64,000 nucleotides of DNA from positions 1 through 64,000 of the forward strand of contig JBFOMH010000011.1 in assembly GCA_040830765.1 (NCBI GenBank), in the 5' to 3' direction. The notes under the pieces were generated by a model. That model worked only from the letters and a program-made list of their open reading frames with translations. It was not told the DNA's origin and searched no databases. The position numbers and the translations under genes are program-made. This DNA is from Puniceicoccaceae bacterium (lineage in GTDB: Bacteria > Verrucomicrobiota > Verrucomicrobiia > Opitutales > Oceanipulchritudinaceae). Within the stretch, counting starts at the first letter, position 1. Each line of letters starts with the position of its first letter. This document shows positions 36,583-46,984 of this stretch, in pieces.

Positions 36583-39447
36583 TTAGCGCAGGATCCCAAA
36601 GCAGTAGTGCCCCGAACCTAACCTGACTTTCAAGCAAGGCATCCTTGCGTCATCGGCCTTCTCAATACTCATGATCCCGTCAGCCTCGCCCAGCGGTATT
36701 CCCGATTCCAGCACAGTACGGGCATCAATGGCTGGCAGATAGACAATTCCCTCTGCGTTCACGGGGACGTGAACTTTCCATTCCAGGCCATCGATGGTCT
36801 GTTTCCAACGGCTTTCAATGGGGCCGTAGGGAGAGGCGGTTAACACTCTCGCCCAATCCCATTGGAGTGTCAGACGCGGCCGAAACTCCGTTACGCGATA
36901 GCCGGGACCTTCTTCTGAAGGCCGGATGCCGCCCAGTCCCTCATAGAAAAACGCGGCAAACCCGCCCTGCATCGGATGGTTCATGGAGTTGCGGTAGCGG
37001 GGCTCCTCATCCCAATTGAACTGCCGTTCGGGCCAGGTCGAAAAGCCGTAGTCGGCAAGGTATCCCGGGCCAGGGAAGTCCCGGTCCAGGAGCATGCGGG
37101 CGACCAGCTCCTCGTGTCCAAAATCGGCCAGCACGGTGTAGAGGTGACGCAGGCCGTGGATGCCGACGGAATGTTGGCCAGAGTTGACGGTCTCGATGTC
37201 GTGGACCAGTCCATCGATAACGGACTCGAGTTGATCTTCAGGCACCATCCCCATCTGGAGAGCCATGATGGTGGCTGTCTGGCTGCCGTAGAATTTGGTA
37301 TCCGTCCCCGGTATATCCTCAAGATAAGTCTTGTTGAAAGCATCCCTGACCTCATTCGCCAGCAAGAGGCAGTATTCACTGAACTCATCCTCTTCCTGGA
37401 GTTGCGCCATGGAAGCAACGATTCTCAGGGCGGCGTAATAAAAGGCGGTACCGGAAACATGGGGGTGGCAGTCCATGTACTCGGGAGCCAGGCGCCGGTC
37501 CCAGAGGGGAGGGCACCAGTCGCCAAGGCCGTTGGCGAGAATCTGGCCGGGCTCGCGCATCGACTCGTAATAAGCAATGAAGTTCTTCAGTGCTGGATAA
37601 TGACGTTCAAATACGGTGGGATCACCAGTGTGGAGATAGAGGCGCCACGGCAAGAGGACATAGGCCACCCCCCAGTCGATCTCGGCTGGCCTGTCAGTGG
37701 CGCGTTTCCCCGGTGCGACACGTGGGGGAACGCCCTTGCCGACGCCGACAAACTGCTGATAGCGGTCATTGGCCACCAGGCTGTCCTCGATATCACGGCA
37801 GTACTTTGCGAGGAAACGCTTCGTATCGTATCCATAGAGGCTGATATCGACCGTGGCATGGGCATCACCGAGCCAGCCGCACTTTTCGCGGGCGGGGCAG
37901 TCCTCCGGGATGGAGTGCCAGTTGGCCTCAAGGGTGTTGCGGGTGATGGTGTACTGCCGGTTCACCAGCTCTTCCGAGCACTCGAAACTGCCGGTTTCGG
38001 GCAAGTCGTTATGGACAAGGACAGCAGTCAGGGAATCCGTTGTTGGCTCGGTGCGCAGGCCGCTGATTTCCACGTACTGGAATCCATGGTAGGAAAACCG
38101 GGGGCTCCAGGTTTCGGTTCCTTCGCCTTTGGCAATATAGATCATCTCCTGGACCCTTCCGGGTGCACCCCCGGTAGTCAGGGTGTTGACCGTCACTCCG
38201 TCCGGTTCCATCCGCTCGCCAGCAAGAATGGTGATGATGTCCCCAGCTTCCTGTTCAACCTGGATCTCCACCCAGCCGGCAATATTACGCCCAAAGTCGA
38301 CGATGTACTTACCGCCCTCAATGGCCTTGATGCTGACAGGTTGAAACCGCTCCTTGACGCGAATGGGCGGGATATCCTGGGCTCGCAGGTTTTCCCTACG
38401 ACAGGGTTCTTCGAGAACCACAGCCTGCTGCCAGGTGCTCGTATCACAACCGGAGCTGGCCCAGCCGGGGACTTCCTTCCGGGCATCATAAGTCTCGCCC
38501 CAGTAGACATTGTCGAAGACAATGGGTCCTGTCGTTGCATGCCAACTACAGTCAGTGCCGAAGACCTCCGTGCTGCCGTCAGTGTACTCCACAAATACCT
38601 TTGTCCGGGCCCGTGGCTGACCGTAATTAAAATCATGCTGCCAGGCCACATTCTGGCCGAAGAAGCCATTTCCCAGCCAAAGCCCGATTGCGTTTGAGCC
38701 TTCCACAAGACGGTCACTGAGGTCATGGACCGTGTAGAAGGTTTGCTTGTCGTAGTTGGTCTGTGCGGGATCGAGGACAGCGTCGCCAACTTTCTCGCCA
38801 TTCAGGTAAAGTTCCCCATAGCCGACTGCCGCTACATAAGCGAAGGCCCTACGGACCGGATGGGTCAGGAAGATTTCCTTCCGAAGAAGAGGGGAGGGAT
38901 AGGACCGCTTCATTTCCGGCTCCGGCATGAACATGTATTCGCGCTCCGCATGGGGGGAATCACGGGTGTCCTTAGCCAGTCCGATCCATTTGGATCCTTC
39001 CCAGTCACTGGCATCCAGCAGGGCCATCTTCCAATAGGCTGGTTTTGACCATTCGCTTGGCCTGCCTGCCTCGTCCCAGACCATCACCTTCCAGAAGCAG
39101 GCCTGCCGGCTGGTCAGCGGTTGGCCTTCGTAGCGCACGGTAATCGAATTACTGCTTTGAATTCGTTGACTATCCCAAAGGTCGGCTTCATCCGCCTGCA
39201 ACCGTTCGAGGCTGGTCGCCACAAGGATACGGTAGGCACTTTGTGAGCGGGACCTGTCAGTCGTTGATTGGGCAAGAAGCTTCCATCTGAGGACCGGTTG
39301 TGGATTGTCGATCTCAATGGGGTCAGTGCGATCGTCGCAGCGAAGGTCGATTACCTGCAAGGGACTGCTCCCTGCGACTGGAGCAACCAAGCCAACGAAG
39401 ATAATGAGGGCAATGAGCGCTTTCAACTGTCTTGATGGTTGGACCAA
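36583..39447 (-). CDS. GH78 alpha-L-rhamnosidase, secreted
   Basis: Signal peptide; YHGFQYVE, DCPAREKCGWLGD, LGDWCPP, SMNHPM. Confidence 0.9.
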   Translation of the reverse strand: MVQPSRQLKALIALIIFVGLVAPVAGSSPLQVIDLRCDDRTDPIEIDNPQPVLRWKLLAQSTTDRSRSQSAYRILVATSLERLQADEADLWDSQRIQSSNSITVRYEGQPLTSRQACFWKVMVWDEAGRPSEWSKPAYWKMALLDASDWEGSKWIGLAKDTRDSPHAEREYMFMPEPEMKRSYPSPLLRKEIFLTHPVRRAFAYVAAVGYGELYLNGEKVGDAVLDPAQTNYDKQTFYTVHDLSDRLVEGSNAIGLWLGNGFFGQNVAWQHDFNYGQPRARTKVFVEYTDGSTEVFGTDCSWHATTGPIVFDNVYWGETYDARKEVPGWASSGCDTSTWQQAVVLEEPCRRENLRAQDIPPIRVKERFQPVSIKAIEGGKYIVDFGRNIAGWVEIQVEQEAGDIITILAGERMEPDGVTVNTLTTGGAPGRVQEMIYIAKGEGTETWSPRFSYHGFQYVEISGLRTEPTTDSLTAVLVHNDLPETGSFECSEELVNRQYTITRNTLEANWHSIPEDCPAREKCGWLGDAHATVDISLYGYDTKRFLAKYCRDIEDSLVANDRYQQFVGVGKGVPPRVAPGKRATDRPAEIDWGVAYVLLPWRLYLHTGDPTVFERHYPALKNFIAYYESMREPGQILANGLGDWCPPLWDRRLAPEYMDCHPHVSGTAFYYAALRIVASMAQLQEEDEFSEYCLLLANEVRDAFNKTYLEDIPGTDTKFYGSQTATIMALQMGMVPEDQLESVIDGLVHDIETVNSGQHSVGIHGLRHLYTVLADFGHEELVARMLLDRDFPGPGYLADYGFSTWPERQFNWDEEPRYRNSMNHPMQGGFAAFFYEGLGGIRPSEEGPGYRVTEFRPRLTLQWDWARVLTASPYGPIESRWKQTIDGLEWKVHVPVNAEGIVYLPAIDARTVLESGIPLGEADGIMSIEKADDARMPCLKVRLGSGHYCFGILR

Positions 39448-40872
39448 TCAACGGGAAAACAGCTCCACAAATTCTTGGTGGACTTCCGGGTGATCAGCGG
39501 AAAGCTCGGTGGCCTCACCTGGATCCTGATCGAGGTTGAAGAGCTCGACCGGGTTTCCGTGGCCGTACTGGACCGCCTTCCATGAACCTTTGCGGGCAGC
39601 CTTGCGGACTGTCCCGACTATCCCGGAATTCGGGTCGCCAGCCTGCTTACCAAAAACCCAGTAAAGGATCCGTTCCGGTAATTCCGCAGGGTTGTCCCTT
39701 AGTAGCGGGGCAACCGATACGCCATTGGAACGCAAACGGGGAACAGCCAGGGTATCGACGCCCGTAAGGTCAGCCAGAGTCGGGAGGACATCGGCAAAGG
39801 CCCATGGGGTATCATCGACACGCGCCTCCGTAATCTGCTCCGGCCAGTGGACAATCATTGGTACATGTATCCCGCCCTCGTAAAGATCCCGCTTGATTCC
39901 CTTGTAGGGGGCGGCTGCCTTCATGGCGATGGGGTCGGCACCCCCTTCAGCGTGAGGTCCGTTATCTGAGGTAAAGAAGATGAGGGTGTTATCAGCGATT
40001 CCCAGCTCCTCAAGGGTCGCATAAATCTGACCGACATAATCATCAAGCGCCGCAACCATTCCGGCCAAAGTGGCACTGGGGTGCTGGACCGGCTCCGGGT
40101 AGTACCTTGCATACTGGGGGCCTGGAGGGCCTTTGGACAACCCGACATACGGCTCATCGTCAAAGGTCTCGAGGTACGGATCGATGTATTCCTGCGGTGC
40201 GGCCAGTTCAGCATGCGGGGAGGAGTAGGCAAGGAACACGAAAAACGGATTCTCCCGTTCCTCCCGGATGTAGTCGATCGCTTCACGGGTGAACAGCTCC
40301 TGGGCATAGGATCCCTGCTTTCCGCCCTCGTTTTCGGGCAATCGAATCTTCACCCCGTCCCGCCACAGGAATTGTGGATATTGCCGGTGCCCCTCGAGGA
40401 TGTGGTACATGCCGTACCAGGTGTCGAAGCCCATCGCCAGGGGATCGGTGACACCCATTTCTGAACCAATGGAATACTTGCCAAAAAGGGCGGTGTCATA
40501 ACCGGCATATTTCATGATGTGCCCGATTGTGATGTCGGCCGCTTCGAGCTGGACCGAGTTTGAGTGGTCGCGGAGAAGGAGGCTGTCCCGTCCCGTGAAC
40601 AGGGAAACCCGGGATGGCGAGCAAACAGTGCTTCCTGCGTATGCCTGGGTGAAGTTGATCCCGTTGTCGGCGAGTCGATCAAGGTTCGGGGTCCTGATCG
40701 TACTGCTGCCATTTGCCCCCACCTGATTGAATCCAAGGTCATCGGTGAGGATGAAAATGATGTTCGGCCGCTCCGGTGCAGTGGAACCAGAGGATATCGA
40801 TGGGGTCAGGGCCATTGCGGTTGCGACAGCCAAGCGGAGGAGGGGGTAGAAGGAGCGGGTGATTTTGTTCAT
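39448..40872 (-). CDS. Secreted Cys-type sulfatase
   Basis: RPNIIFILTDDLG, CSPSRVSLFTG, FTSDNG, LYEGG.HVP. Confidence 0.92.
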   Translation of the reverse strand: MNKITRSFYPLLRLAVATAMALTPSISSGSTAPERPNIIFILTDDLGFNQVGANGSSTIRTPNLDRLADNGINFTQAYAGSTVCSPSRVSLFTGRDSLLLRDHSNSVQLEAADITIGHIMKYAGYDTALFGKYSIGSEMGVTDPLAMGFDTWYGMYHILEGHRQYPQFLWRDGVKIRLPENEGGKQGSYAQELFTREAIDYIREERENPFFVFLAYSSPHAELAAPQEYIDPYLETFDDEPYVGLSKGPPGPQYARYYPEPVQHPSATLAGMVAALDDYVGQIYATLEELGIADNTLIFFTSDNGPHAEGGADPIAMKAAAPYKGIKRDLYEGGIHVPMIVHWPEQITEARVDDTPWAFADVLPTLADLTGVDTLAVPRLRSNGVSVAPLLRDNPAELPERILYWVFGKQAGDPNSGIVGTVRKAARKGSWKAVQYGHGNPVELFNLDQDPGEATELSADHPEVHQEFVELFSR

Positions 40873-40985
40873 AATAGGATGGGCAGCAGATTAGGCATAC
40901 GGCTTAGCCAGTTCAATTTGAATTGACGGTTTTCCTTTGTGCTTTTGCATATTTGAATTCGACAAGGCGGCCTGCAGATGTACAA

Positions 40986-41924
40986 ATGCAGTTGATGAGC
41001 ACTGATGCTGAGAAACCGGATTCTCCTTCCCCTGGTTTGACTCCTGAAATGATGAACCTTTCTCCGGCAGTGTGCCGGGCTGGCTATTTGCAATTTTCTG
41101 GCGAGCGCCGCTTCACCAATTCGCATGTGCAGAGCCGTGCTTTCTTTTGGTGTAAAAGCGGAACCGGCCGTTTCATCGTCAATGGCGAGACTTTCACCAT
41201 CAAACCACGGGACCTTTACATCTTGCCATGGAACCGGACAATCAGCTACGAACCAGACCGGAAGGATCCCATGTTTACGGGTCATGTCCACCTGATCCCG
41301 GACTATCGGATTGGTTCTGAATGGATTCCCAACGTTCCCCACCGGGTCAATGACGTCGCCTACAATTCCCCGGATCGACGAGATGCGGACTGGCCCAATC
41401 TCCGGGGAGTGCCGCGGTTCACCATCCTTGGCAACGATCGCATCGCCCTTCTTCTGGACTACACCATCCGGTGGTTCCGGCGCAGAAACGGCAGCAACGA
41501 GGCGGAAGCACGCCACCTCGGCCACCTGCTGGTGGGGGAGCTGATGCTTCTCCGGGCGAACGAGGAACAAAAGGGTCAAAACCTGCCCGAGGAGCTGCGA
41601 CGCATGGTTGGCCATATTGATGCCAATTACATGCGCTCGCCCACGGTTACCGAATTAGCGAACATCATTCAGCGCAGCCGTTCCCACGTCCTCAAGCTCT
41701 TCAAGAGTGAGTTGGGCATTTCCGCCAAGCGATACATCATCAACAAGCAACTTGGCGAGGCCTGCGAACAGCTCCTCAGTACAACCAAGTCGATCTCTGA
41801 AATTGGTCATGCGGTCGGCATCTCCGATCCCTATCACTTTTCCAAACTGTTCAGGCGACATATCCATCTTTCACCAACTGAATATCGCCGAAATCATGGA
41901 CCGGTGGACGTTTCGGCGGAATAG
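40986..41924 (+). CDS. AraC-family regulator
   Basis: Cupin-like N-terminus; EI..AVG..DPYHFSKLF HTH; start uncertain. Confidence 0.88.
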   Translation: MQLMSTDAEKPDSPSPGLTPEMMNLSPAVCRAGYLQFSGERRFTNSHVQSRAFFWCKSGTGRFIVNGETFTIKPRDLYILPWNRTISYEPDRKDPMFTGHVHLIPDYRIGSEWIPNVPHRVNDVAYNSPDRRDADWPNLRGVPRFTILGNDRIALLLDYTIRWFRRRNGSNEAEARHLGHLLVGELMLLRANEEQKGQNLPEELRRMVGHIDANYMRSPTVTELANIIQRSRSHVLKLFKSELGISAKRYIINKQLGEACEQLLSTTKSISEIGHAVGISDPYHFSKLFRRHIHLSPTEYRRNHGPVDVSAE

Positions 41925-42071
41925 GATCCCTTTGCAGGCACTGGCATTTACACGTGGTTGAATGCAAAAACACATGGGCCTGCTGACTTGTCCATTGATA
42001 AGGGAAGGGTCACTGGGATATGATTTTTGCCAGCAACATCTGTTGCGATATTTCACCATCTCCATGTTCCC

Positions 42072-43487
42072 ATGAAGACCATCAAACTCCTTTCCTACGT
42101 TCTAATCCTCACCCTGGCCCATCAGGGCCTGGCCCAGATCAGGGGCGCCCTTCGGGATGGGCAGGGCCGCCACGTCATCCCGCGGGGATTTGTCGTCAAC
42201 ACCAACGACCATGTTGGCCCGGTTGAGTTCAATGCCGATGACTTCGCCCGCATGGTCAGGCTGGGGGCCAATTATCAGGTTGTCCGGTTGGAGCTGGGCC
42301 GTCTCAGTACCTATCCGGGTTACCAGTTTGAGCCGAGCTATCTCGACAAGTTGGAACGCCTGGTCCGACTCGGGCGCGAGGCCGGCATTAAAACGGTCTT
42401 CAAGATGACGGTCTACACCGTCAAAGGCTTCTCCTGGGAGGATTTCTGGGCCAATGAGGACAATGAGCAGGACATCTACCTTCAGGCATGGCGGCACGTC
42501 TGGAAGCGCTTCAAGGACGAGCCTGCGGTCGTCGCCTACGACCTCGTCAACGAGCCGCGCAAGCTGACGATGGAGATTTCCTATACGGACCTGACCAACA
42601 AACACCTGATTCCGTTGTACGAACGCCTGATTGACGAAGCACAGATGATCAGTGCGGACAAGTTGTACCTCTGCCAGACGATTTTCATGAACAAGGGTGA
42701 GGCAATTAACCATAATCAGTATGCGGAAATCACCAAGCCCATCAAGCGGGACGGAGTTGTGTTTTCACCACATATCTACCAGGACAAGATCGAATTGATT
42801 GAGCCCATCATGCGGCGCTTCGAGAAGGAGGCCCTGATGCTCGATGCGCCGATCCTCATCGGTGAGTGGGGCTTCCCGACCTATGAGTCGGCCGATACAT
42901 CCGTCGAGGAGCAACTGGCCTACATCGAGATGTATGTCCGCACCGCGGAGGTTTTCGACGCCATGGGCGTCGGCTCCATCAAGGCCTGGTTTCTCGGTAA
43001 CCGGACGATGCAGGATTTCCTGCCCGGCGGGCGCTCCACATGGGCCATCTTCAGTGACGAGGTTGCCGCCGGGACGGTGGAGAGGAAGTACATCACGGAC
43101 GTCATTGCGCGACCCTATCCGCAGACCATCGCCGGGGATATCCATTCCTTCATGTTCAACCATGCGACTCGCGTCCTGGATTTCAAAATCACTCCCGACA
43201 ACAGCACAGGGGCCTCCCGGATCTTTGTCGCGGCCGACCGGCACTATCCCGACGGCTTTTCCATCCATTGCGGGGATGACCTTGTCCTTTGTTACAATCC
43301 CCTCAATGCCAAAGGTATCGAGGTCATCAAGGCCGGCGCATCGACCAATCCCAGCGACTTTATCTGGAACCCAGCCACCCAGCAGCTCATCGTCCTCCGC
43401 TGGCCGGTGGACGGGGAGGAACTGACAGTGAAGATTGTCCCGGGGATTGCGGTGGTGGAGTCACTCAGACTTGCTGAGGGAAACTAG
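42072..43487 (+). CDS. Secreted GH5 (endoglycoceramidase-like) glycosidase
   Basis: D..GR.VI.RG, YDLVNEP acid/base, SPHIY, IGEWG nucleophile, ARPYP..IAG. Confidence 0.78.
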   Translation: MKTIKLLSYVLILTLAHQGLAQIRGALRDGQGRHVIPRGFVVNTNDHVGPVEFNADDFARMVRLGANYQVVRLELGRLSTYPGYQFEPSYLDKLERLVRLGREAGIKTVFKMTVYTVKGFSWEDFWANEDNEQDIYLQAWRHVWKRFKDEPAVVAYDLVNEPRKLTMEISYTDLTNKHLIPLYERLIDEAQMISADKLYLCQTIFMNKGEAINHNQYAEITKPIKRDGVVFSPHIYQDKIELIEPIMRRFEKEALMLDAPILIGEWGFPTYESADTSVEEQLAYIEMYVRTAEVFDAMGVGSIKAWFLGNRTMQDFLPGGRSTWAIFSDEVAAGTVERKYITDVIARPYPQTIAGDIHSFMFNHATRVLDFKITPDNSTGASRIFVAADRHYPDGFSIHCGDDLVLCYNPLNAKGIEVIKAGASTNPSDFIWNPATQQLIVLRWPVDGEELTVKIVPGIAVVESLRLAEGN

Positions 43488-43506
43488 ATTAGCTTACCTT
43501 AACCGC

Positions 43507-44244
43507 TCACCGGTTCATCAACTCCTCGGCCAGAAGGGCTTCGGCTGCAGTGGCCAGGTCGACCAATTCTGTTAGTAAGCGCAGCCAGTCCTCATGGGTG
43601 TCTTCGGCCCAATAAAAGCCGTTTTTAACGATTGGATCGGCAAGCAGGGCGTCGAAATCGTAGTTTATACGGCGTTTTGGCTCGTAGATCAGGCCGCCGG
43701 CTGCTGACGCGCTGGGTGGTGACCTGTCTTCCGTGTAAAACTCAACGAGCGGGGAGATGTGTTTTTCCAAGTCGAGTGGAATGTTCCGCCACCATGAGAA
43801 ATGGCCCTTCATCGTTTCTTGTTCGGCAAACAGGCTGGAGAGGGTCCTACGCAGGTCTTCTGATTCCAATCGGGCGAACATACCGGAAAAAACCATCTCG
43901 TCGTAGGCACTGCGGTTGACGGTAAAGGTCGGAAGGTGGCCGACGTAAATCAGTCCATGCTCAAAGAGATCGGTATTGCCATTAATAATCTCCCCTTGGT
44001 TGAGCGACTGGTAAACAAAGGAAACGCCTTCAAGATTTTCCCCGATGAAGGAAAGGATGGATTCCGAATCCGAAATAAAAACCTTCAACTCCTCATCCAG
44101 TCGCTGCAGGTATTGTGTCTCTGAACGGTGGTAGGAACGGGCTTCCCTCCACTGGTCGACCTGAAGGGCAATGATGATACCGATGAAAACAACAGAAAGG
44201 TCAATGAAGGCCGTCTTTAAAGTGGAGTTGAATCGTAATCGCAT
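43507..44244 (-). CDS. Membrane-anchored hypothetical protein (DUF6090-like N-terminus)
   Basis: VFIGIIIALQVDQW single TM followed by coiled coil; AY.EM..SG. Confidence 0.6.
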   Translation of the reverse strand: MRLRFNSTLKTAFIDLSVVFIGIIIALQVDQWREARSYHRSETQYLQRLDEELKVFISDSESILSFIGENLEGVSFVYQSLNQGEIINGNTDLFEHGLIYVGHLPTFTVNRSAYDEMVFSGMFARLESEDLRRTLSSLFAEQETMKGHFSWWRNIPLDLEKHISPLVEFYTEDRSPPSASAAGGLIYEPKRRINYDFDALLADPIVKNGFYWAEDTHEDWLRLLTELVDLATAAEALLAEELMNR

Positions 44245-44288
44245 GATGCCTGTTGAATTATGAAGAAGCGTCTTTTGGAGACCGGACC

Positions 44289-45410
44289 TCAGGGCGTAAT
44301 TTTCAGCGTGAAGGCCCGGCCTTGGACGGCGTGGTTACCGACGCCGACAATGATCGTGTCCTCTGAGATGACGGCCAGGTTGCTGGCACCACCACCGGAT
44401 TCATTGGCATAGGTGACCTTGCCCTTGGCCATCTCGAGCAGGTTGACCCATTCGTTCCAAGTCTCGCCCCCGTCGTCGGAAATCATCACCAGATGGCGGT
44501 AGATGGGTTGGCTCTGGTCAGTGGCCGACATGATCCAGTAGTCCTTCCCGTCGAAGGAGAAGGGAACACACTGCCCAAGAAACCCTTTTTCCCAGAACTG
44601 GTGGGCCTTCTGCCAGGTTTCCCCGTTGTCCTCGCTCTTGAAGAGGGTAGCAATCCCGGAGGCGAGGACGTAGATGTCGTCGCCGGACTTGAAGAAATCC
44701 ATCAGGTCGCGGGCAGCCGGGAATTCGGCTTTCCGGGTCCAGGTCTTTCCGTAGTCATTCGATTGATACACCTTGCCGGATCCTTCAAAACCGACTCCCG
44801 CATAGACGGTCGGGCCGCCCCAGTAACCGAAACAGGTTGTGTTCTGGCGCGGAGCCTCCGCGTCGACCACGATCCAGTTAAAGGAGGCGAAGTGGTCGCT
44901 CGACCGGAGGATGCTGATCAAGTTGTTCCTCGACCGCCGCAAGCCGACAAGGATGGAGCCGTCATCAAGCTGCACTAGACCGACCGTTCGCGAAGCAGGT
45001 GCCGTGGCCATGATGGACCAGGTATCTCCGTCATCTTCTGATCGGCCGACGGTGCCTGGTTCGGTCGTCGTAATGTAGATATTGCCATCTTCGGCCCGGA
45101 TGTAGTTTCGGACATCCGCAATGTCCCATTCGTCCCCGCCATCGAAAACCTTTGTCCAGGACATTCCTGCATCGCTCGTCTTGAAAATGTCACCGGTCTC
45201 CTCGGTGCCGATGAGGCCAACACCTTCCGCAACCCGGAATGAGGAGCGGACATTGGACTCCCCTTCCGGTTCGAAGATGTTGACGATTTCCGCGGTGGGA
45301 AAGCGGTCCTTCGGCTTTTGCCCCGGCAGGGACATGTCGACATCCACGTCGACCTGGCATCCAAATAAGAATAGGGAACAGGGAAGTAACAGGATCTGGT
45401 TTCGATTCAT
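44289..45410 (-). CDS. BNR/Asp-box beta-propeller lipoprotein (sialidase/GH74-like fold)
   Basis: Lipobox LFGC; about five S.D.G.(T/S)W Asp boxes. Confidence 0.75.
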   Translation of the reverse strand: MNRNQILLLPCSLFLFGCQVDVDVDMSLPGQKPKDRFPTAEIVNIFEPEGESNVRSSFRVAEGVGLIGTEETGDIFKTSDAGMSWTKVFDGGDEWDIADVRNYIRAEDGNIYITTTEPGTVGRSEDDGDTWSIMATAPASRTVGLVQLDDGSILVGLRRSRNNLISILRSSDHFASFNWIVVDAEAPRQNTTCFGYWGGPTVYAGVGFEGSGKVYQSNDYGKTWTRKAEFPAARDLMDFFKSGDDIYVLASGIATLFKSEDNGETWQKAHQFWEKGFLGQCVPFSFDGKDYWIMSATDQSQPIYRHLVMISDDGGETWNEWVNLLEMAKGKVTYANESGGGASNLAVISEDTIIVGVGNHAVQGRAFTLKITP

Positions 45411-45547
45411 CGGAACTGATTGAATTAGAGTACCTTAGATTTTCCTTCAAGCGTGTTTTTGGTCGGCCTGTATGCGGCTATTGACGATGGGGACGACCCT
45501 TGACCCCTTCAGATCTACCTTTCACCATGGTACCCAGCCAACCTCAT

Positions 45548-46957
45548 ATGATGAAAAAGTCTCTCCTGATCCACCCGGCCTTACTTGCCTCCATTGCTGG
45601 ATTCGCGGCCCCGCCGCCCAACATTGTCATCATATTCAATGATGATCAGGGGTATCAGGATTTGGGCTGTTACGGCTCGCCCGACATCAAGACCCCACGG
45701 GTTGATCAACTGGCGCAGGAGGGCATGCGTTTTACTGACTTCCTGGTGGCCTCGCCGGTCTGCTCGCCTTCGCGAGCGTCCCTGCTGACTGGTTTGTATC
45801 CCCACAAAGCGGGTGTGAGGGGAGTCTTTTTTCCCAACCGGGGCTATCATGGATTGGCTCCGAGTCAGGTGACGATTGCGGAAACCCTGCGTGATGTGGG
45901 TTACGCAACAGCCGCAGTCGGCAAGTGGCACCTTGGTGATCATGTGGACTTCCTGCCAACCAACCAGGGCTTTGATAGTTATTTTGGCATCCCCTACAGC
46001 AACGACATGTATCCGGCCCAGGACATGCGGTATGCCGCTGACTGCATCTATCTGGAAGGGGAGACACCCGAGACGATTCGGCAATCCTTTGAGGAGGAAT
46101 TGAGGAGAGGCAATCCCGTGGCCATGCGAGACAAGGTTCCCTTGATGCGGGATGAGGAGTGCATCGAGTTCCCGGCAGACCAACGGACCATTACCCGCCG
46201 CTACGCCGACGCAGGTATTCGCTTCATTCGGGATAGCGTGGATTCCGGCAAGCCATTCTTCCTCTACCTGGCCAATACCATGCCCCATGTCCCGCTTTTT
46301 TCGTCCGAGCCATTCACCGGCAATAGCGAGCGAGGACCCTATGGGGATGTCATCGAGGAAATTGATTTTTATACGGGAAGAATCCTCGATTGTCTGGAGG
46401 CGCTGGGTATCGAGGAAAACACGATTGTCATCTTCACGTCGGACAATGGCCCCTGGCTGACCAAGGGCGAGGAGGGTGGCTCCGCTGATCCGCTTTTTGA
46501 AGGCAAGTTCTCAGGCTTTGAAGGCGGTCATCGGGTCCCTTGTATCATTCGTTGGCCGGGCAAGATCCCGGCTGGAAGTGTTTGTGCCGAAATAACCTCT
46601 ACAATCGATTTTCACCCGACCCTGGCGGGTCTGGCAGGTGCGGAGCTCCCCGCAATTGAGCTGGATGGCAAGGATGTGCTCGACCTGTGGCTGGCCAAAG
46701 AAGGAGCAGAATCCCCGCACGAGTACTTTTTCTATGTGCACCGGGGGCAAGCGGTCCGTTCGGGCGACTGGAAGTACCACTTGAAGGAAGTGTTTCCCGT
46801 CAAGGCAACCGCCCGCGAGTACACAGGTCCATCATTGTACAACCTTCGCGACGACATCGGGGAGGCGAACAATGTGATAACTGAGTATCCAGAGGTCGCG
46901 GAGCGCCTTTCAGCTCAACTGGACGCCTTCCTCAGTGACTGGGCCAAGGAGGAATAA
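45548..46957 (+). CDS. Secreted Cys-type sulfatase
   Basis: PNIVIIFNDDQG, CSPSRASLLTG, GKWHLG, PYSNDM, FTSDNGPW. Confidence 0.92.
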   Translation: MMKKSLLIHPALLASIAGFAAPPPNIVIIFNDDQGYQDLGCYGSPDIKTPRVDQLAQEGMRFTDFLVASPVCSPSRASLLTGLYPHKAGVRGVFFPNRGYHGLAPSQVTIAETLRDVGYATAAVGKWHLGDHVDFLPTNQGFDSYFGIPYSNDMYPAQDMRYAADCIYLEGETPETIRQSFEEELRRGNPVAMRDKVPLMRDEECIEFPADQRTITRRYADAGIRFIRDSVDSGKPFFLYLANTMPHVPLFSSEPFTGNSERGPYGDVIEEIDFYTGRILDCLEALGIEENTIVIFTSDNGPWLTKGEEGGSADPLFEGKFSGFEGGHRVPCIIRWPGKIPAGSVCAEITSTIDFHPTLAGLAGAELPAIELDGKDVLDLWLAKEGAESPHEYFFYVHRGQAVRSGDWKYHLKEVFPVKATAREYTGPSLYNLRDDIGEANNVITEYPEVAERLSAQLDAFLSDWAKEE

Positions 46958-46984
46958 TGGCAGGTCGGGGATCCGTCGCTTCGA

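Noticed and set aside
36976..38697. 573-aa + strand ORF
   Set aside because: It lies antisense to GH78 and has no motifs. Such shadow ORFs are expected with high GC3; the same applies to 20239..21357, 47345..48343 and 57520..58437.
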